A stretch of DNA of 64,000 nucleotides, from positions 7,935,260-7,999,259 of the forward strand of contig MU058844.1 in NCBI GenBank assembly GCA_013265495.1. Reading direction: 5' to 3'. Of the stretch, positions 51,463 to 64,000 are shown piece by piece; the stretch's first letter is position 1, and each line of letters starts with the position of its first letter. The DNA comes from Vicugna vicugna (taxonomy: Eukaryota). Below the pieces are notes generated by a model. It saw only the letters and a program-made list of their open reading frames with translations, did no database searches and was not told the DNA's origin. The position numbers were made by a program, and so were the translations under genes.

Positions 51463-51652
51463 CAGTGGTTCTCCAGCTTTAGTGCACATAGAATCTCCCG
51501 GAGGACTTGATAAATAAAACAGGGAGCAAGGCCCCATGCCTAGAGTTTCAGATGTAGCAGGTCTGGGTCACAGCCTGCAATCTGCACTTTTAACAAGTTC
51601 CCAGCTGATGCTGATGCTGCCAGTCCAGTGCCCACAGCTGGGGAACCAGGTG
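51463..51652. mobile_element. MER5A hAT-Charlie element
   Basis: CAGTGGTTCTC..CATAGAATCTCCCGGAGGACTTG..TCTGCACTTTTAACAAGTTCCCAGCTGATGCTGATGCTGC. Confidence 0.85.
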
Positions 51653-52804
51653 TCTTATGGGAACAGGAAAGGTGTTTTGTACCATACTCTGGACTCCATG
51701 TCTGGGATTAGCTACCAGTTAGACAGAGTTCTTCTGGTAATCACCTGCATAAGGCATCCTCTTCCTTATATTATGGGCACAATGACCAGGTTCCATATAC
51801 ATGTGGAGCTAGAAATATACATGTGTATGAATCAGATATCCTCATTACATATACCTTTACCCTTTTAAACTCAAAATAAGGAGATTGCAGAGTTTTATCC
51901 CACATTTGTGGAATGATCTCTGAGAAATCACTTCTCTTTTATATAGTACAGATAAGCACATTCTTGGGTTTGATAATTGAGTAGAATTTCAAATAAACAA
52001 ACCACAAAAATTTAAGTAAAATACATCTGGTTCTCCTGGGTGCATCGTGTGACCACACAGTATCATTATTTCTTTGGTTTGTAATTTGTCTTACCCAAGT
52101 TAATTATCATCATTTAATTTGTCTCTAATCAAAGGGATGAAAAAAAACAAGATGAGAAGTTGTCAAGAACAAGAACAATGAAAAGACATTCAAACAGGGA
52201 AAACTAGAAGAGGATATAAAAAGAAAAAGCATTCGTTAGAGGTCCAGGTATGAAGAGTGTCAATCTCCCCCCAGGGCTAAAATGGGAAAAGAGAAACAGC
52301 CATCAACAGTTCTGGACTCAACTGTTTTGGCATTAAAAGAGGTCTCCCATTTCCTCTCTGGACAAGTCTCTAACTGAACAATTCAAATCACTTGGTAGAT
52401 TTTTACCAACACAGCAATATGACAATCCTATGAAGATCAATATTTCATTAATTCCTGGATTTAAATAGCTGTGTGAATAGTAGAAATCCATAAAATTATA
52501 AAGCTGGCCCTAAGCCATAGGCTCAAATTCTGCTTTGGAAAAGTTCTGCATAGAAATTCCCTAGATGAGTTGGGACTGTCATTTCTTACTAAAAAAAAAA
52601 ACATGAAACATTCACTGGTATGATCAATGCAACTAAAGTCAGGAGCTAAAACAATCTGCAATCAGCGTTGTGATGATCCAATTTTCTTCAGGAAAAATCA
52701 TTCATATATAGCTTTAAAAAATGTTCGAAGCAAATGAAAAATCTTATTTATAAAATAACAGCTAGAACATAGTGTTTGCATGAAAAGAGCTCTCCTTGGG
52801 AGAC

Positions 52805-53297
52805 GACATCAGATCATCAAAATGTATCCAGAACCGTCTTTTACTGATACCACCTTATCTCAAGCCATCATACCTCCCCACAACCCCAGATCACAGCAAT
52901 CACTTCCTAACTGGTCTCCACGCTTCTGCCCTGGTTCTACAGGGTATTCTCAACACAGCAGTCAGAGAGGTTCTGTCAGATCCTGCTCCTCTCCAGTTGG
53001 CTCAGGGAAAGTGAAAGTCATTAACACTGGACTACACTGCCCCATAGGACCAGCATAGAGTTCTCCCTTGACCCTCCTACATCAGTCCTCTGACCTCATC
53101 TCCTTGTCTCTGACTATTCTCCCTCTTGGCCATGTACAATATCTATATTAGCCTCTTCCTGTTTGTCTAACGCATCAGAGGAATAAACATCCCTGCTTCA
53201 GAGTCTCTGCCATTCCCTCCGCCTGGAAGGTATCACAGTAGCTCACTCCCTTACTTCCTGGCACACTATGGGGATTTAACAAACACATGTTCAATGA
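52805..53297 (+). mobile_element. L2 remnant
   Basis: AAAATGTATCCAGAACC..CAAGCCATCAT..CTTCCTAACTGGTCTCC..ATTCTCAACACAGCAGTCAGAG. Confidence 0.7.
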
Positions 53298-53405
53298 CAG
53301 GGCTGAGTTAACTAACTATATCTCCCTATGTGGCTAATTGCTTCATCTTCCAGAGCAAGCTAGAACCTGGCCAGCATAGATCACCAGGCACTTTTCTATT
53401 CATGG

Positions 53406-53517
53406 CAGAGCTGCAGTGGATGGTCACACATGTTGGGCATTGCGCAATCCCCAAGGACATCATTCACAATGAAGTCTGTGACTGTGCCTCTTGGACTTAA
53501 GTAACATGGTGGCCCAG
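53406..53517. mobile_element. MER91-like hAT-Tip100 fragment
   Basis: GCGCAATCCCCAAGGACATCATTCACA..GTGACTGTGCCTCTTGGA imperfect hairpin core. Confidence 0.45.
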
Positions 53518-54219
53518 GTCTTAGAGGTCTGAATTTCCCTTTTATACAACAAATAATCCAGATATCAACAATACCTTCAGAGATATTAATTCCAGAACAG
53601 TTCAGACTATGCAAGGTGGCTAAAATGTATTACATTCCTTTGTACTGTGGAATCAATTCAATAGTCTGGGAAAAGAAGAAACTAGTTAATGTATCCAACC
53701 CAAGATACATATATATTTTGCCTTGTATACACAAGATATAGTGATACTCGCTATGGGGGATACAAAGATGAATTCAGCCTTTATCCTTGAGCAATTCCTA
53801 TTTAGCAGAGGAAAGATACCGTGGGGATCGTTTAACCAATGGATACAAGCTTGAGAAGGGAGGCGTGCAAAGTATCACAAGCTAAGTGCATCACTTCTGT
53901 ATGGAGGTGAATTGTCTGGTTTTGTTCAACTTATAATTAAATTTAAACATCCATAGAGTAAAGGGTACAAGTAATTGTTATCACAGGAATGTTTACAAAA
54001 ACGACTTTGGTCATTTAATGAGAAGCCAGACCAAGAAAAAGGAGTTCACCAGCATCCAGAAGCAATTGTCTGTACCCGAGGGCTCTTTCCAAAGATTTAG
54101 ATGACTGGAACAGGGACAAAGCCCCAGTGGAATTATTTGGGCTGACTGGCTTTGGTGACATTTAATGGTAACGGGAAAAGTGGGTGAAGTGGAACTGAGG
54201 TGAGTCCTTCATAGGCTGT

Positions 54220-54502
54220 TTCTTTGTTTATTTTAATAGAAGTATAGTCAATTTACAACACTGTGTCAATTTCTGGTACACAGCATAATGTTTCACTCAG
54301 ACATATACATACATATGTTCCTTTTCATTCTCTTTTTCAATAAACATTACTATAAGATATTAAATACAGTTCCCTGTGCTATACACTAGAAACTTGTTTA
54401 CCTGTTTTACATATAGTAGTATCTGCAAATCTCAAACCCCCAATTTATCCCTTCCCACCCTTTTTCCCCCTGGTAACCATAAGTTGATTTTGCATGTGAG
54501 AC
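54220..54502 (-). mobile_element. Lineage-specific L1 3' end
   Basis: Reverse-complement homology to 23715-23990 (ORFs here and at 23695 both give SICKSQTPNLSLPT..PP). Confidence 0.9.
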
Positions 54503-55906
54503 TTCTTTTTTATATTATTATTACAGTGTTGTGTCAGCAGTCTGTTTACTATGTCGTGTCCGTCTTCATGGGTTGTTTCTATGGGCTGTGATGCTCCCTG
54601 GGAAGACAGGGTGGGCTATATCCCAATGGGCAGGATTTAGACTAGCTGTTGAAGAGAGATTCTCCTCCAGAGAGGCTACTTGTTCTTACATGCTTACTAC
54701 GCCTGCGAGAAATAACGTTATGGAGGGGACTCTGCCCTTTTGCTTCTCTGAAGGGAGGCTTACTGAATGTCTGAGGGGGGTACGTTCTCAGGTTTCAAGC
54801 CAATCTCTCTCCCGTTCCCTTCTATTAGTTTCGCTGCTTTATGTGTTTGTGTTTTGGCAGCCTGAGTTAAGAAAAGCTCTGGTTTACTGAGACAGACCCA
54901 GTGTGATAAATGTGCTGCAGTTACTGGCTAAGAAAACAGGTGGGCCGGGGAAGCAAGGAAAGTACGCCCAGGAGGTCAATTAGACCGCCCACTTTGAGGC
55001 TGGAAGGCCTGGATCTGTCCCTAAGTGAATATGAGACCAAGAATTTGCCTGAATTGGACAGATGGCACAAAAGGTGTCTAGTGCAAAAGAGATCAGAGGA
55101 GCAGCAGGCCAGGGCTCCACGCTCAGCCAGAAGGGAGGTCGGGAAGACTGGCATTGCTTTATTGCACTGATTTCTCTCCTGACTCTTTTCAGAAGGATCT
55201 GAGATGCCAGAAAACCACTGAGAGAGTTAAAAAACTATCAGATGGGGATTGGGAATTGGGGGGTGGGGGGAAGGAGCAGAAGAGGGGAGACTAGGGAGGA
55301 GCTGAAGAGAAGACATGGGAAAGAGGGGAGTGGGGGGAAGAAGGGTCAGGGAGGGGGCAGGAACCCAATCCCATTATAGGTTTAAGTAATATAGAGAGTC
55401 AGCAGGAATCAAGTGTGCTTTGTCACAGATAATCCATTCCTGCTAAGACTTCAATCTGAGTTTCATCACCTGAAGATGAAAGGTGGTACCACCTGTAGAA
55501 GAGGGGTACCACCTCACCAAAGGCAGAGGTAAGTAGCCTCATTTTGTTCTAGGATATTGTACAACCTGAGACAAGGGTGCTGGAAGGGAAGAGATGAGGT
55601 AGACAGAGGACTCAAACGCAGGTGCTGAAGTCACTAAGAAAGAAACTGCCTCTGAGACTAAGTTATGTGGGTGGTAACGAGAATGGGGAGGGGTGGTCAA
55701 CGAGCTTACATCCTCCTCCTAAGAAGTGCTCAGAGTCTTCTCATCATGCTCCCCACCATCTTCGTGGACTTTTCAAGCGTCCATGGGGATACAGAGGAGC
55801 TAATGGCAGAATACACAAACTTTGGGAACAACTGTTTTAATTACTTCTTCTTATAAGCTGTGATTCCCTTTCTCTCTGGTCTGTCTGCATGTTGATGGGT
55901 AAGGCT

Positions 55907-55953
55907 TTCTTCTTTCTTCTTCTTCTTCTTTCTCCTTCTCCTTTTTTTTTTTT
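55907..55953. repeat. (TTC)n/poly-T pyrimidine tract
   Basis: Direct reading. Confidence 0.85.
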
Positions 55954-56054
55954 CCAATTCCTAGGTGTTTACTGTCTCCTCTTCCCCTAATTTCTGTTTC
56001 TTTTTCAGATAGGAGGATATCAGTATGGTTTCCATTATAAAGTTAAAAGAATAA

Positions 56055-56290
56055 ATGGTCATTGTTATAATTTACCGAGCCTTTATTACACACTAGTTAC
56101 TTTATAAAATCGTAGGTGAACCCTCACAACTTGAGGCAGTAGCAATCATCTCCAGTTTAAGAAACTGAGGAGCAGAGAGGCTAGTGGAAGGTGGAACACA
56201 CTCAAGGAGATGATAATCAGCTGTGGCTGGGTGTGCCTCATTCTAAAATCCAGGATCTACCGTCCAAAATCCAGTGCACTCTCTACTTCC
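56055..56290 (-). mobile_element. MIR
   Basis: CCTCACAACTTGAGGCAGTAG..ATCTCCAGTTTAAGAAACTGAGGAGCAGAGAGG. Confidence 0.65.
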
Positions 56291-56379
56291 AAACCCAAAA
56301 TTTAATTCAGTTCTCATCATCTTGTGTTTATGGCTTCTTGAGTCCTATACAAAAACTTGAAAAGAATATATATAAGTTG

Positions 56380-56736
56380 TGGTTATGGTCTGAATGTCTG
56401 TGCCTTCCTCCCATTCATATCTTGAAATCCTAATCCCTAAAGTGATGCTATTTGGAGGTGGGACTTTTGAGAACTGTCTAGGTCATGAGGGTGAGGCCCT
56501 CATAAGTGGGATTAGTGCCCTTATGAGAGAGACCCCAGAGAGCTCCCTTGCTCCTTCTACCACGGAGAACACAGAGAGAAGACGGCTGAAAGTGAGGAGG
56601 CAGTCCTCACCAGACACCGAATCTACCTGAGTATGATCTGGGGACGTCTAGCCTCCAGAACTGTGAGAAATAAATTTCTGTTGTTTATAAGCCAGTGTGT
56701 GATATTCTGTTATAGTAGCTTGAATAGACAAAGATA
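56380..56736 (+). mobile_element. MaLR solo LTR (MLT1A0-like)
   Basis: TATGGTCTGAATGT..TTGAAATCCTAATCCC..GGTCATGAGGGTGAGGCCCTCAT..GCCTCCAGAACTGTGAGAAATAAATTTCTGTTGTTTATAAGCCA. Confidence 0.9.
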
Positions 56737-57974
56737 GTGAGTCAGACCTGATGTCGTTTTGGAATCTCAGAAGCATGGTATTACAAGCATTTTCCATGTG
56801 GCAGAAGCTTCCTATTGGAGCAAAAAGGAAACTCATGGAGAATCCCTTGAATTACAGGGCCCATATGAGACATCCTGGCACCAAAAGCTTACCTTACATT
56901 TATAAACTAAATTCTATAGTGATTCCACATGACTTGTTTCATATGGACATGGGAATACATTGTAAGCTTGAGGAGCTATGAAGGCAACACTAAACACTTA
57001 CTGGTAGCTTAGTTTGAAACCTATTGTTATACACTTCTTACAACTTCTCATGAAAGACCAGTGGAGAAATTAAGTTTATATTAGCAACAACATGAAGTAC
57101 AAGTGCTGGAAAGCATTTTGGAAGCCCACACCCATCCTTTTAGTTTACAGATGAGGAACCTTAACCCCAGAGGCTGACACTGAACCAACTTATTTAACCT
57201 ATTTTATAAACCTCCCTAGCTTCCCTTCTTGCAAGCCAACCTGAAGAGAAAAGGCACCCTCTAATGCAATCCTTTCTCCCAAGACATAAAACTAGTGGAT
57301 TCAAAATACAAATAACTAACAGTATTTTTAAATGCTGCCTTCTAATTGCCATTGCAGCCAGTATAAATTCCTGTAATTCCCTCTGTCCAGTTCCAACTGG
57401 ATGGCACATTCCAAGTCACTTGTATCATTAACAAGCAAATCAAGCAAATTAAAAGTATGTAACCACCCAGCAGAGTGAATTTCCAAGAGAATAAAACTCA
57501 CCAACTCTGACATTTTCAACGGCATTTGCAAAAGCATTAAAAAAAAAAAAGAGACTCAAAACAACATTTAATTTTTCATTTACATTACATAAGCATTCAT
57601 TCAACATTAACATTTCATTTAAATATTTATTTTTAAGCTGAGAAAGTGTTATTATTCATTCCGTCCATGGGTATAAATATCCTATCTATAACCAGTAAAT
57701 CAGAACTTATGTAAGAATTATAGTATGTATCTTCTTGGACAAGAAGTAACAAAAATTCTAACAGAACAAACTTCCAGTCAATTTTGGAAACTACCTCCAA
57801 TTCTAAAATGGAGAATGTAACTAACTGAGCTCAACATTTATTGCACATCACTGTGACACGGCAATGTGCTAGATATTGACGGTGCAAAAATGGAAAATAG
57901 GTCCTCCCTATTCATTATCTTAGCTTTTTCTGAATAAGGTAAATGCATAATTTTAGTATAAATATTTACATTCC

Positions 57975-58520
57975 CACAACCATTCCCCAGTTCAAGCCAC
58001 CATCATTTCTTGCCCGTCAGACAGCAGCAGAGTTCCCCATGCTCTACTCTGATCTTTCTCTAATCCTCTTGGCCACATGGTCCCTTCCGCTGCTCTTGAA
58101 ATAAAATGTGAACTCCTCAGCTTGGTTACAAAGCCTCGGGGGCTCTAGCTCTGCCAGCTCTCCAGTTTCATGTCCTCCCACTTTCCCACCAGGTTCCATA
58201 AGCTCCAGTCACATGAGCCTCTTTCTCTGCTGGGAACATGAGCTTGTCTTTGTCTGCAATTTTGAACTTTTTGTTTCTTTTGTCTGCAGTCCTCTTATCT
58301 GGCTCTTCAAAGGGTTGGCATAAGCTTCAGATTTCAAATATCACCTCCTCAAAGATGCTTTACCTGATTTTTTGGTTTCAAGAAGGACCCTACTTCTCAC
58401 CACATCACCTTCTAAAAATGACATCGTCCTGTTTATTTCCTACATAGCACTGCTCACTTTCTGCAAGTAGAACAGTGCTTTGCATCCATTAGGCACATCT
58501 TATATATATTAAAATTAATA
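57975..58520 (+). mobile_element. L2 remnant
   Basis: CCCCAGTTCAAGCCACCATCATTTCTTGCC..TCAAATATCACCTCCTCAAAGATGC..TATTTCCTACATAGCAC. Confidence 0.7.
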
Positions 58521-60895
58521 AAAACCCTTCCCTAAGAACTTTAAGCTAAGTCGTGACTTACATGAATTTGACATTCTAAAATTGTGCACAGAAGGCCTGA
58601 CTAATCAAAAATATCTGTCTACCTACACAGACACCTACCTGTCTGCCTATCTACCAATGTTGTAAAAAGAAATGGAATATACACTATAGAAGAAAAAGCA
58701 ATGATCATTATCAAGGGACCCCATATTTAGTTACTACAACCGACTTGGGCAAACCAACTTCCTCTCTCTAGGTTTTAATCTGCTTATTTTATACAACAGA
58801 GGTTGTATTAGGTAATTTTAACACAACTTTTCAGTTCTAAATTTTAGTCATTTGAAGCAGATTTCTCCCAAATAAAAATATTAATATTCCTTTAAATGTT
58901 TATTTTTTAATAACCTGAGCACACTGAGTAGGAATATCAAGCACTCAGTTACGGGCATCCTGTCTGTTTGTAGATTATTTTACCTTAACTGTTCCTTTTT
59001 GATGCTGCACCCTGAGTTCATTTCCTATTACAGAGTGGGGAGAAAATATATTGAAACTATTTCATAAAAGTATATTGAATTAGGCAGTCATGCCTCCCTT
59101 GGAAAATAAACGTACTTCTAATAATGGATGTATGTAAAAAAAAATTAAAATAATCCAAAAGTACTAAGAAGAATCAGTTTTACACATGTTTACACAGAAC
59201 ATCTACCACTCTTTTCCAAATAATGTACACAATAAAGAATTCGGTGCATTTTCTGTTAAATCTAAAACAAAAATTTGTCATAGGAGAAATACTCCCTACT
59301 ACCACCACTGGAAAACAATTTTTTTTCAAGAATATAATGTAATATAAAAATAAATAAATAAAAAGTTAGAACTGGGTAAAGACAGACTAGCCAGTAAAAT
59401 AAGGAGGCTAACTCTTAAAATTAATAGTAATTTTTTTTCTAACAGCAATTTAAATGAAGCAATGATGAAGTTTACAGGAACTGAATGTGAAAAATCTAAA
59501 GCATGTAATAAAATTATGGGAAACAATCTTAGACGATGCAGTGAGCAGAATTAGTTTGAGGTACAGGAAAAGAAAGCAACAAGATAGGAGAAAAAATTCC
59601 TTTTCTGTAAAATGACAAGAGGTCCTTTAGCGCTCAGAGAAAATAATCAGGGAACTGCTTTAGCTCAGTAGGGGTACCCAAAACAGTATGCAAGAGAAAA
59701 ATACTAATTTAAAATACTTCATATAAGAAAGGATGAAAAAATAAAATAAATTCTGCACCAAATTTAAATTAGTTGACTATTGTTTTAACACAGCAATAAA
59801 AACTGCACTGTGAAACAAAATCAGGAGTAGTTACGCAGTATGCTGTGTGAAATTACATGCTGCAGGATGCTGGAAAGATAAAGTATCACAACACTAGGTT
59901 TATAAACATATATGCACAATATAAATACACAAATGGACCTGTGGTTGGTTAAGAGTATCCTCCATTTTATTATTCCCATTTTCCACACTCGTAGCCTGTC
60001 ACTGATTTATTTTTTACTAGTTGGAAAATGGAAGGAAGAATTTAATATTATACAAGCATATGAGCTTTATTTCCTCGAGACTTTTCATTTCCATCCACCT
60101 TTAAGTTCACTACTTGATAATAACTAACACATCAAAGACAAGAATGGTCAAAAAAATTAATTCTATTTTCCAAGGGATCAGCAAAGTAAAGGCTTTTTGG
60201 CTCCTTGAAAGCCATTCTAAATGCAAATCTGGGAGAAATCAGCACATTTTAACCAACACTAAACCAGATACACACTTCGTTTCTCTGAACATACAACTTA
60301 CTCCTAATGATAGTGTGGAGTGTGACAGAGTTGTTACATAAGGCCATTCTGGACTGATTAAGACCAAGGATAAACTAAGTGAGAGAGACATCCCCTTACA
60401 GTTTACAGACAACCCTTTACAGTTTTTATTCTTGACCCCAATCTCAGGCACGTACAACCATATCTTCCAGTAAGCAAGAATTTGAGGCCAAAATGTAAGC
60501 CTCTAAAACTTCAAAATGAGGCATTCAATGAACAGTATCACTTAGAATGAAAAGAGAGCTAGTATTTTAATTATATCCCATGCATCAGACAAGGAGCGAG
60601 ATGATTTCCTGGTAAGACCTCATTTAAACTTCAAACTGAACTTGAAAAAAAAAAACAAAACTGTGAAAATGCCTTTCCCCACTGAAGTCCTATGAAAATT
60701 ACTAAAGGGAAACATAACGCACAGCCCTTGTTAACGTGACTGCTTTGAACAAGAACGTAAGACTACAGCACGAGGCAAACTCTGCAACAGCAAAGTCAAC
60801 ACCCTCTCAGAATGTTCTTTGACAACAAAACCTATATCTCATATCAACATTCATAGGAAATGTGGGGGACACGGAAAAAACTATCAACCACTCAC

Positions 60896-60977
60896 CATAA
60901 TGCATGTAACAGTTTCCTTTGGTGGGATCCAGCTCAATAGCCTTCAAGAAGAATTTTTCAGCCTCACTCTTACGACC
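60896..60977 (-). CDS. TMTC2: TMTC2 internal coding exon (82 bp; probably exon 9 by human numbering), GRKSEAEKFFLKAIELDPTKGNCYMHY+G, TPR region
   Basis: Minus strand reads ctctgttttcaag|GGT CGT AAG...CAT TAT G|gtgagt. 27 codons + 1 nt, phase matches the next exon. Peptide recognised as TMTC2 C-terminal TPR sequence; exon number is from memory. Confidence 0.95.
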
Positions 60978-62529
60978 CTTGAAAACAGAGAAAATGGATG
61001 ATTCAGCAGTGGATCATAAGGGACTCGTCACCTCCTGGGCTCAAATGAAGCAGACTCATGTCTACTTGGTAATCATCTTTTTTTTTTTTAAAGTGTTTTG
61101 TTTTTATCTAAACGAGGATGATCAAGGAGGATATGCTGAGAGAGAAGACCAAGGTCAGAACCCCTGGGAAACATCAAGATTAGAAGAAGAGACAGTGAGA
61201 GCGAGTTCATCCAAGAAGGCAAAGAGAAGAGACCAGGAGAGCAAGAGAAAAAAGTGAAAAAAATGGTTTCACAGAAACCAAAAGGATAAGATAGTTTCAA
61301 GGAATGGTGGGAAACATATTTTTATTTTCTATTTTATTTACTCCTTTCAATTTGTTTCGTCTTCATTCATTGATTCTTCCTTGTAAAGGATTATCACCAT
61401 CTGAGCTTCTGAGATGATTCTGTCTTCAGTTTCACACTCTGTATATGAAGACACTAAGTCATGATTTATTCAGTCTCAAGCAACTACTGTTTAACCTCGT
61501 TGCTGTCACTCAGGACTACAATACTCCTAATCAGGATTTAATCTAAAGCTGCATCTTCTTCCCAGCTATGGTTTTAAGTAAACATTACTATCATCTTCAG
61601 AAGGAAATAAGCAAAAAGTAGGGGGAAAGCCTCATATGCAATAAACTCATTTTTCATTAAACAATATCATAATCCAGGCAGATTCTAAAACTATACATTC
61701 TTTAGCTTCTTGAACCAAAAAAGAGGTGGCTCAAGGTAGGAGAATAGCCCAAAGAAGAACTTTCCTATAACAGTTCTGTCTTGTCTTACAAGGTTGGAAT
61801 GAAGATTCATGCTGACTGGGCGAAAGCAAGGGACTGGTTGGTGTCCAGAAGCTACAATGTTATCTGCTTACTCTTTCTAATTTATACACCATCTACTACA
61901 TGAACTTCAGGTGATATCCTTTTTTCCTTTGCATATATTTTTAAAACCACTGTTATGCAGATAAATCTTCCAAATATAGAGGCGTCTAGTTAACCTAACA
62001 TTCTACATTTCAGGCAACTTTGAGTCATTTCTCCATATGGCCTCTCCTTTTTGTTTATTCATTCATTTAAAACAATTTTTTAAAATAAAAATTCCCTGTT
62101 GCTGTATCCTTTATTCACCCATGATCCCTGAAGCTATCGATAACCAAACGACCAGTCAATTCACTTCCTCCTTTCCTCCATTTTAATAGTGCTACTCCAG
62201 CCAATGACTCCTCTTAAATTTACAAGTCTTGTCCAACCCCCAACAACTAAAAATTCCCCACAATATTTCTCACAGCATTTTAACTTCAAAGGAAAGCACA
62301 GACAAAATACTTGCCACACATCTCACACTCTGATGAAGTTAGTAAGAATCAGCTAGCATCTTAGCAAGTTAGGATTCTCTACAGGATTAAATAGCTGCGA
62401 TGAATCGGGCAGTCTAACATATGAGTCAAGAGCAGAGATTCCCAACAACTGGACAGCTCCCACACTTAGGAAGCTATGTGACCCTTAGAAAATCATTTTA
62501 TCTCTTGGCTCTAATTTTCTCTATGACAA

Positions 62530-62865
62530 AAGAGAGGACAGGTGGAGCACAGAGGACTTTTAGGGCAGTGAAACTATTCTGTGCGATACTGTAATGGCAG
62601 ATACATGTCATTATACATTTGTCAAAACCCGTAGAACACACGACACAGAGAGTGAACCCTAATGTAAATTATGGCCCTTGGTCAATAATAATGTATCAGT
62701 ATTGGCTCATCAATTGTAACATGTGCAACACGAGCTCAAGTTGGTACAATTAGGGAAACTGTGTAGGATAGTCGGAGTGTGATAATATAAGGCAATTCTG
62801 TACATTTTGCTCAATTTTTTTTATAAACCAAAAACTGCTCTAAAAATAGTCTACTATTTTTAATA
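62530..62865 (+). mobile_element. L1MC-like 3' end
   Basis: GGTGGAGCACAGAGGACTTTTAGGGCAGTGAAACTATTCTG..ACATGTCATTATACATTTGTCAAAACCC..AGAGTGAACCCTAATGTAAA. Confidence 0.88.
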
Positions 62866-64000
62866 AGGATAATAAAATCTGTTTTATGAGTACTGAATTA
62901 TCTGAAAGGATACACATAAAGTAGTTATTCCAGTACACAGGCCTATTTTAAGTTTATAATAAATGTTAACTGTCATTTTATATGTAGATATATACATATG
63001 TATATGTGTATAGTCTGCAACTGAATGTTGAGTTCTGAGTGACACAGAGTATGTTGTGTTATTCACACAGCCTCAAAACACAGGGTCAGCCTTTAAATCA
63101 TCACTGGGAAATAATGTACAAGGAACTTGCAGAAGATAATAAAAGATGCAAAATGAAAACTATCATCAGTGTAGAGACTGCACACATGTTACATGCAAAA
63201 GTATAAAAGGGTCTGTGAACTTTCATTTAAGTTTTAAGGACAGAAGAGAAGAAAGTGGCTCATTTATCAATGTCACAGTAAACAGGGCAGTAAAATTCTT
63301 ACATGTAGTCCACTGGCAAAGCTACAGCACGTAGCTTTAAAAAATGCGTTAGAACTCAAAGGACAGTGGTCTCAGATTACTCAAATGAATCAGGTTATTA
63401 AAGGCAATGAGTCCGACCATCTCCTAAATGCAAAACAAATACACTGAAGGCCAGAAGAGTCTTTTGAGGGGGAGTATCAAACCATCATGCAAGAACCGAT
63501 CTTTCTGCTCTGACCACTATTTATTCAAGTGCCAAATAATGAGGAAAATACAATTCTCATGAGGGAATATAAAATCAAGAGTCAGCCAAATGCATAAGTC
63601 AACCAAACATACACAATACTGGGTCTTAGGAAGGGGTGGTTGGGAGGTAACACTGCATTTAATCAACTTTACTCTTCTCGCTATTACTATTATAGAGGGA
63701 TGGTAGTTAAGAAAGTGAAGAAAAAAAGTCATTCTCAGCAGTTTTCTCTTGGTGTCTTTTAGATCATGTCAGTGTTCGCTACAAGCAAGCGATACAGATT
63801 AGTCACTGGTTGTACAAACTCCTGACACCAAACACCATTACTGGTTTTGTATATTGGTTGGGATGTTTGGGCACATGTGGTGGTTCAGAAAACCAAGAAA
63901 AAGTGACTGCAGTCAGCTGTGACAAACAAGAGAAGTGGGAGCAGAGAGGCTTGGTTTCCACTGCCAGGTCTGACTTATTTGCTTGTTCATGTGTTTTTGT

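Larger units (their letters stand above)
47645..60895 (-). other. TMTC2: TMTC2 intron (~13.3 kb)
   Basis: GTGAGT...TTGCAG boundaries between two in-phase exons. Confidence 0.9.

Noticed and set aside
55481..55515. 14-bp palindrome AGGTGGTACCACCT with a nearby partial copy
   Set aside because: Too short to distinguish from chance in 64 kb.
55622..55856. Possible processed pseudogene fragment
   Set aside because: No recognisable protein, poly(A) tail or TSD.
345..63732. The 60-148 aa ORFs in the supplied track as independent genes
   Set aside because: They are short, many start at non-ATG codons or lie in repeats or low-complexity DNA, and show no recognisable domains. Only 36036..36236 contains real coding sequence, and a few carry fossil L2 RT motifs.
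1..64000. A novel multi-gene or prokaryotic system (operon, CRISPR array, defence island)
   Set aside because: The sequence is mammalian intron with SINE/LINE/LTR repeats. There are no long ORFs and no regularly spaced repeat-spacer array.

Overview
AT-rich mammalian genomic DNA, not microbial. It is probably camelid: two tRNA-Ala-derived Vic-1-like SINEs and cetartiodactyl-type L1 3' ends are present, and I saw no Alu, Bov-A or PRE-1. The window lies inside the 3' part of TMTC2 (transmembrane O-mannosyltransferase targeting cadherins 2), transcribed on the minus strand. Three short internal coding exons (60977-60896, 47644-47530, 36216-36153) have GT-AG boundaries and compatible phases. They splice to GRKSEAEKFFLKAIELDPTKGNCYMHYGQFLLEEARLIEAAEMAKKAAELDSTEFDVVFNAAHMLRQASLNEAAEKYYDLAARLRPN, a C-terminal TPR region. 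I did not find the terminal exon, so it presumably lies beyond position 1. The rest is intron filled with L1, L2, MIR, LTR and DNA-transposon remnants and microsatellites, and nearly all ORFs in the supplied track are spurious. I find no evidence of a novel multi-gene system. The best observations are small-scale genome-evolution events: a twin-primed L1 nested in a SINE tail, a TSD-flanked orphan retro-insertion, several template-switch hairpins and palindromes, and possible alternative splice sites at one exon. Repeat family names are recalled from consensus sequences, not from a search, and old-repeat boundaries are approximate.
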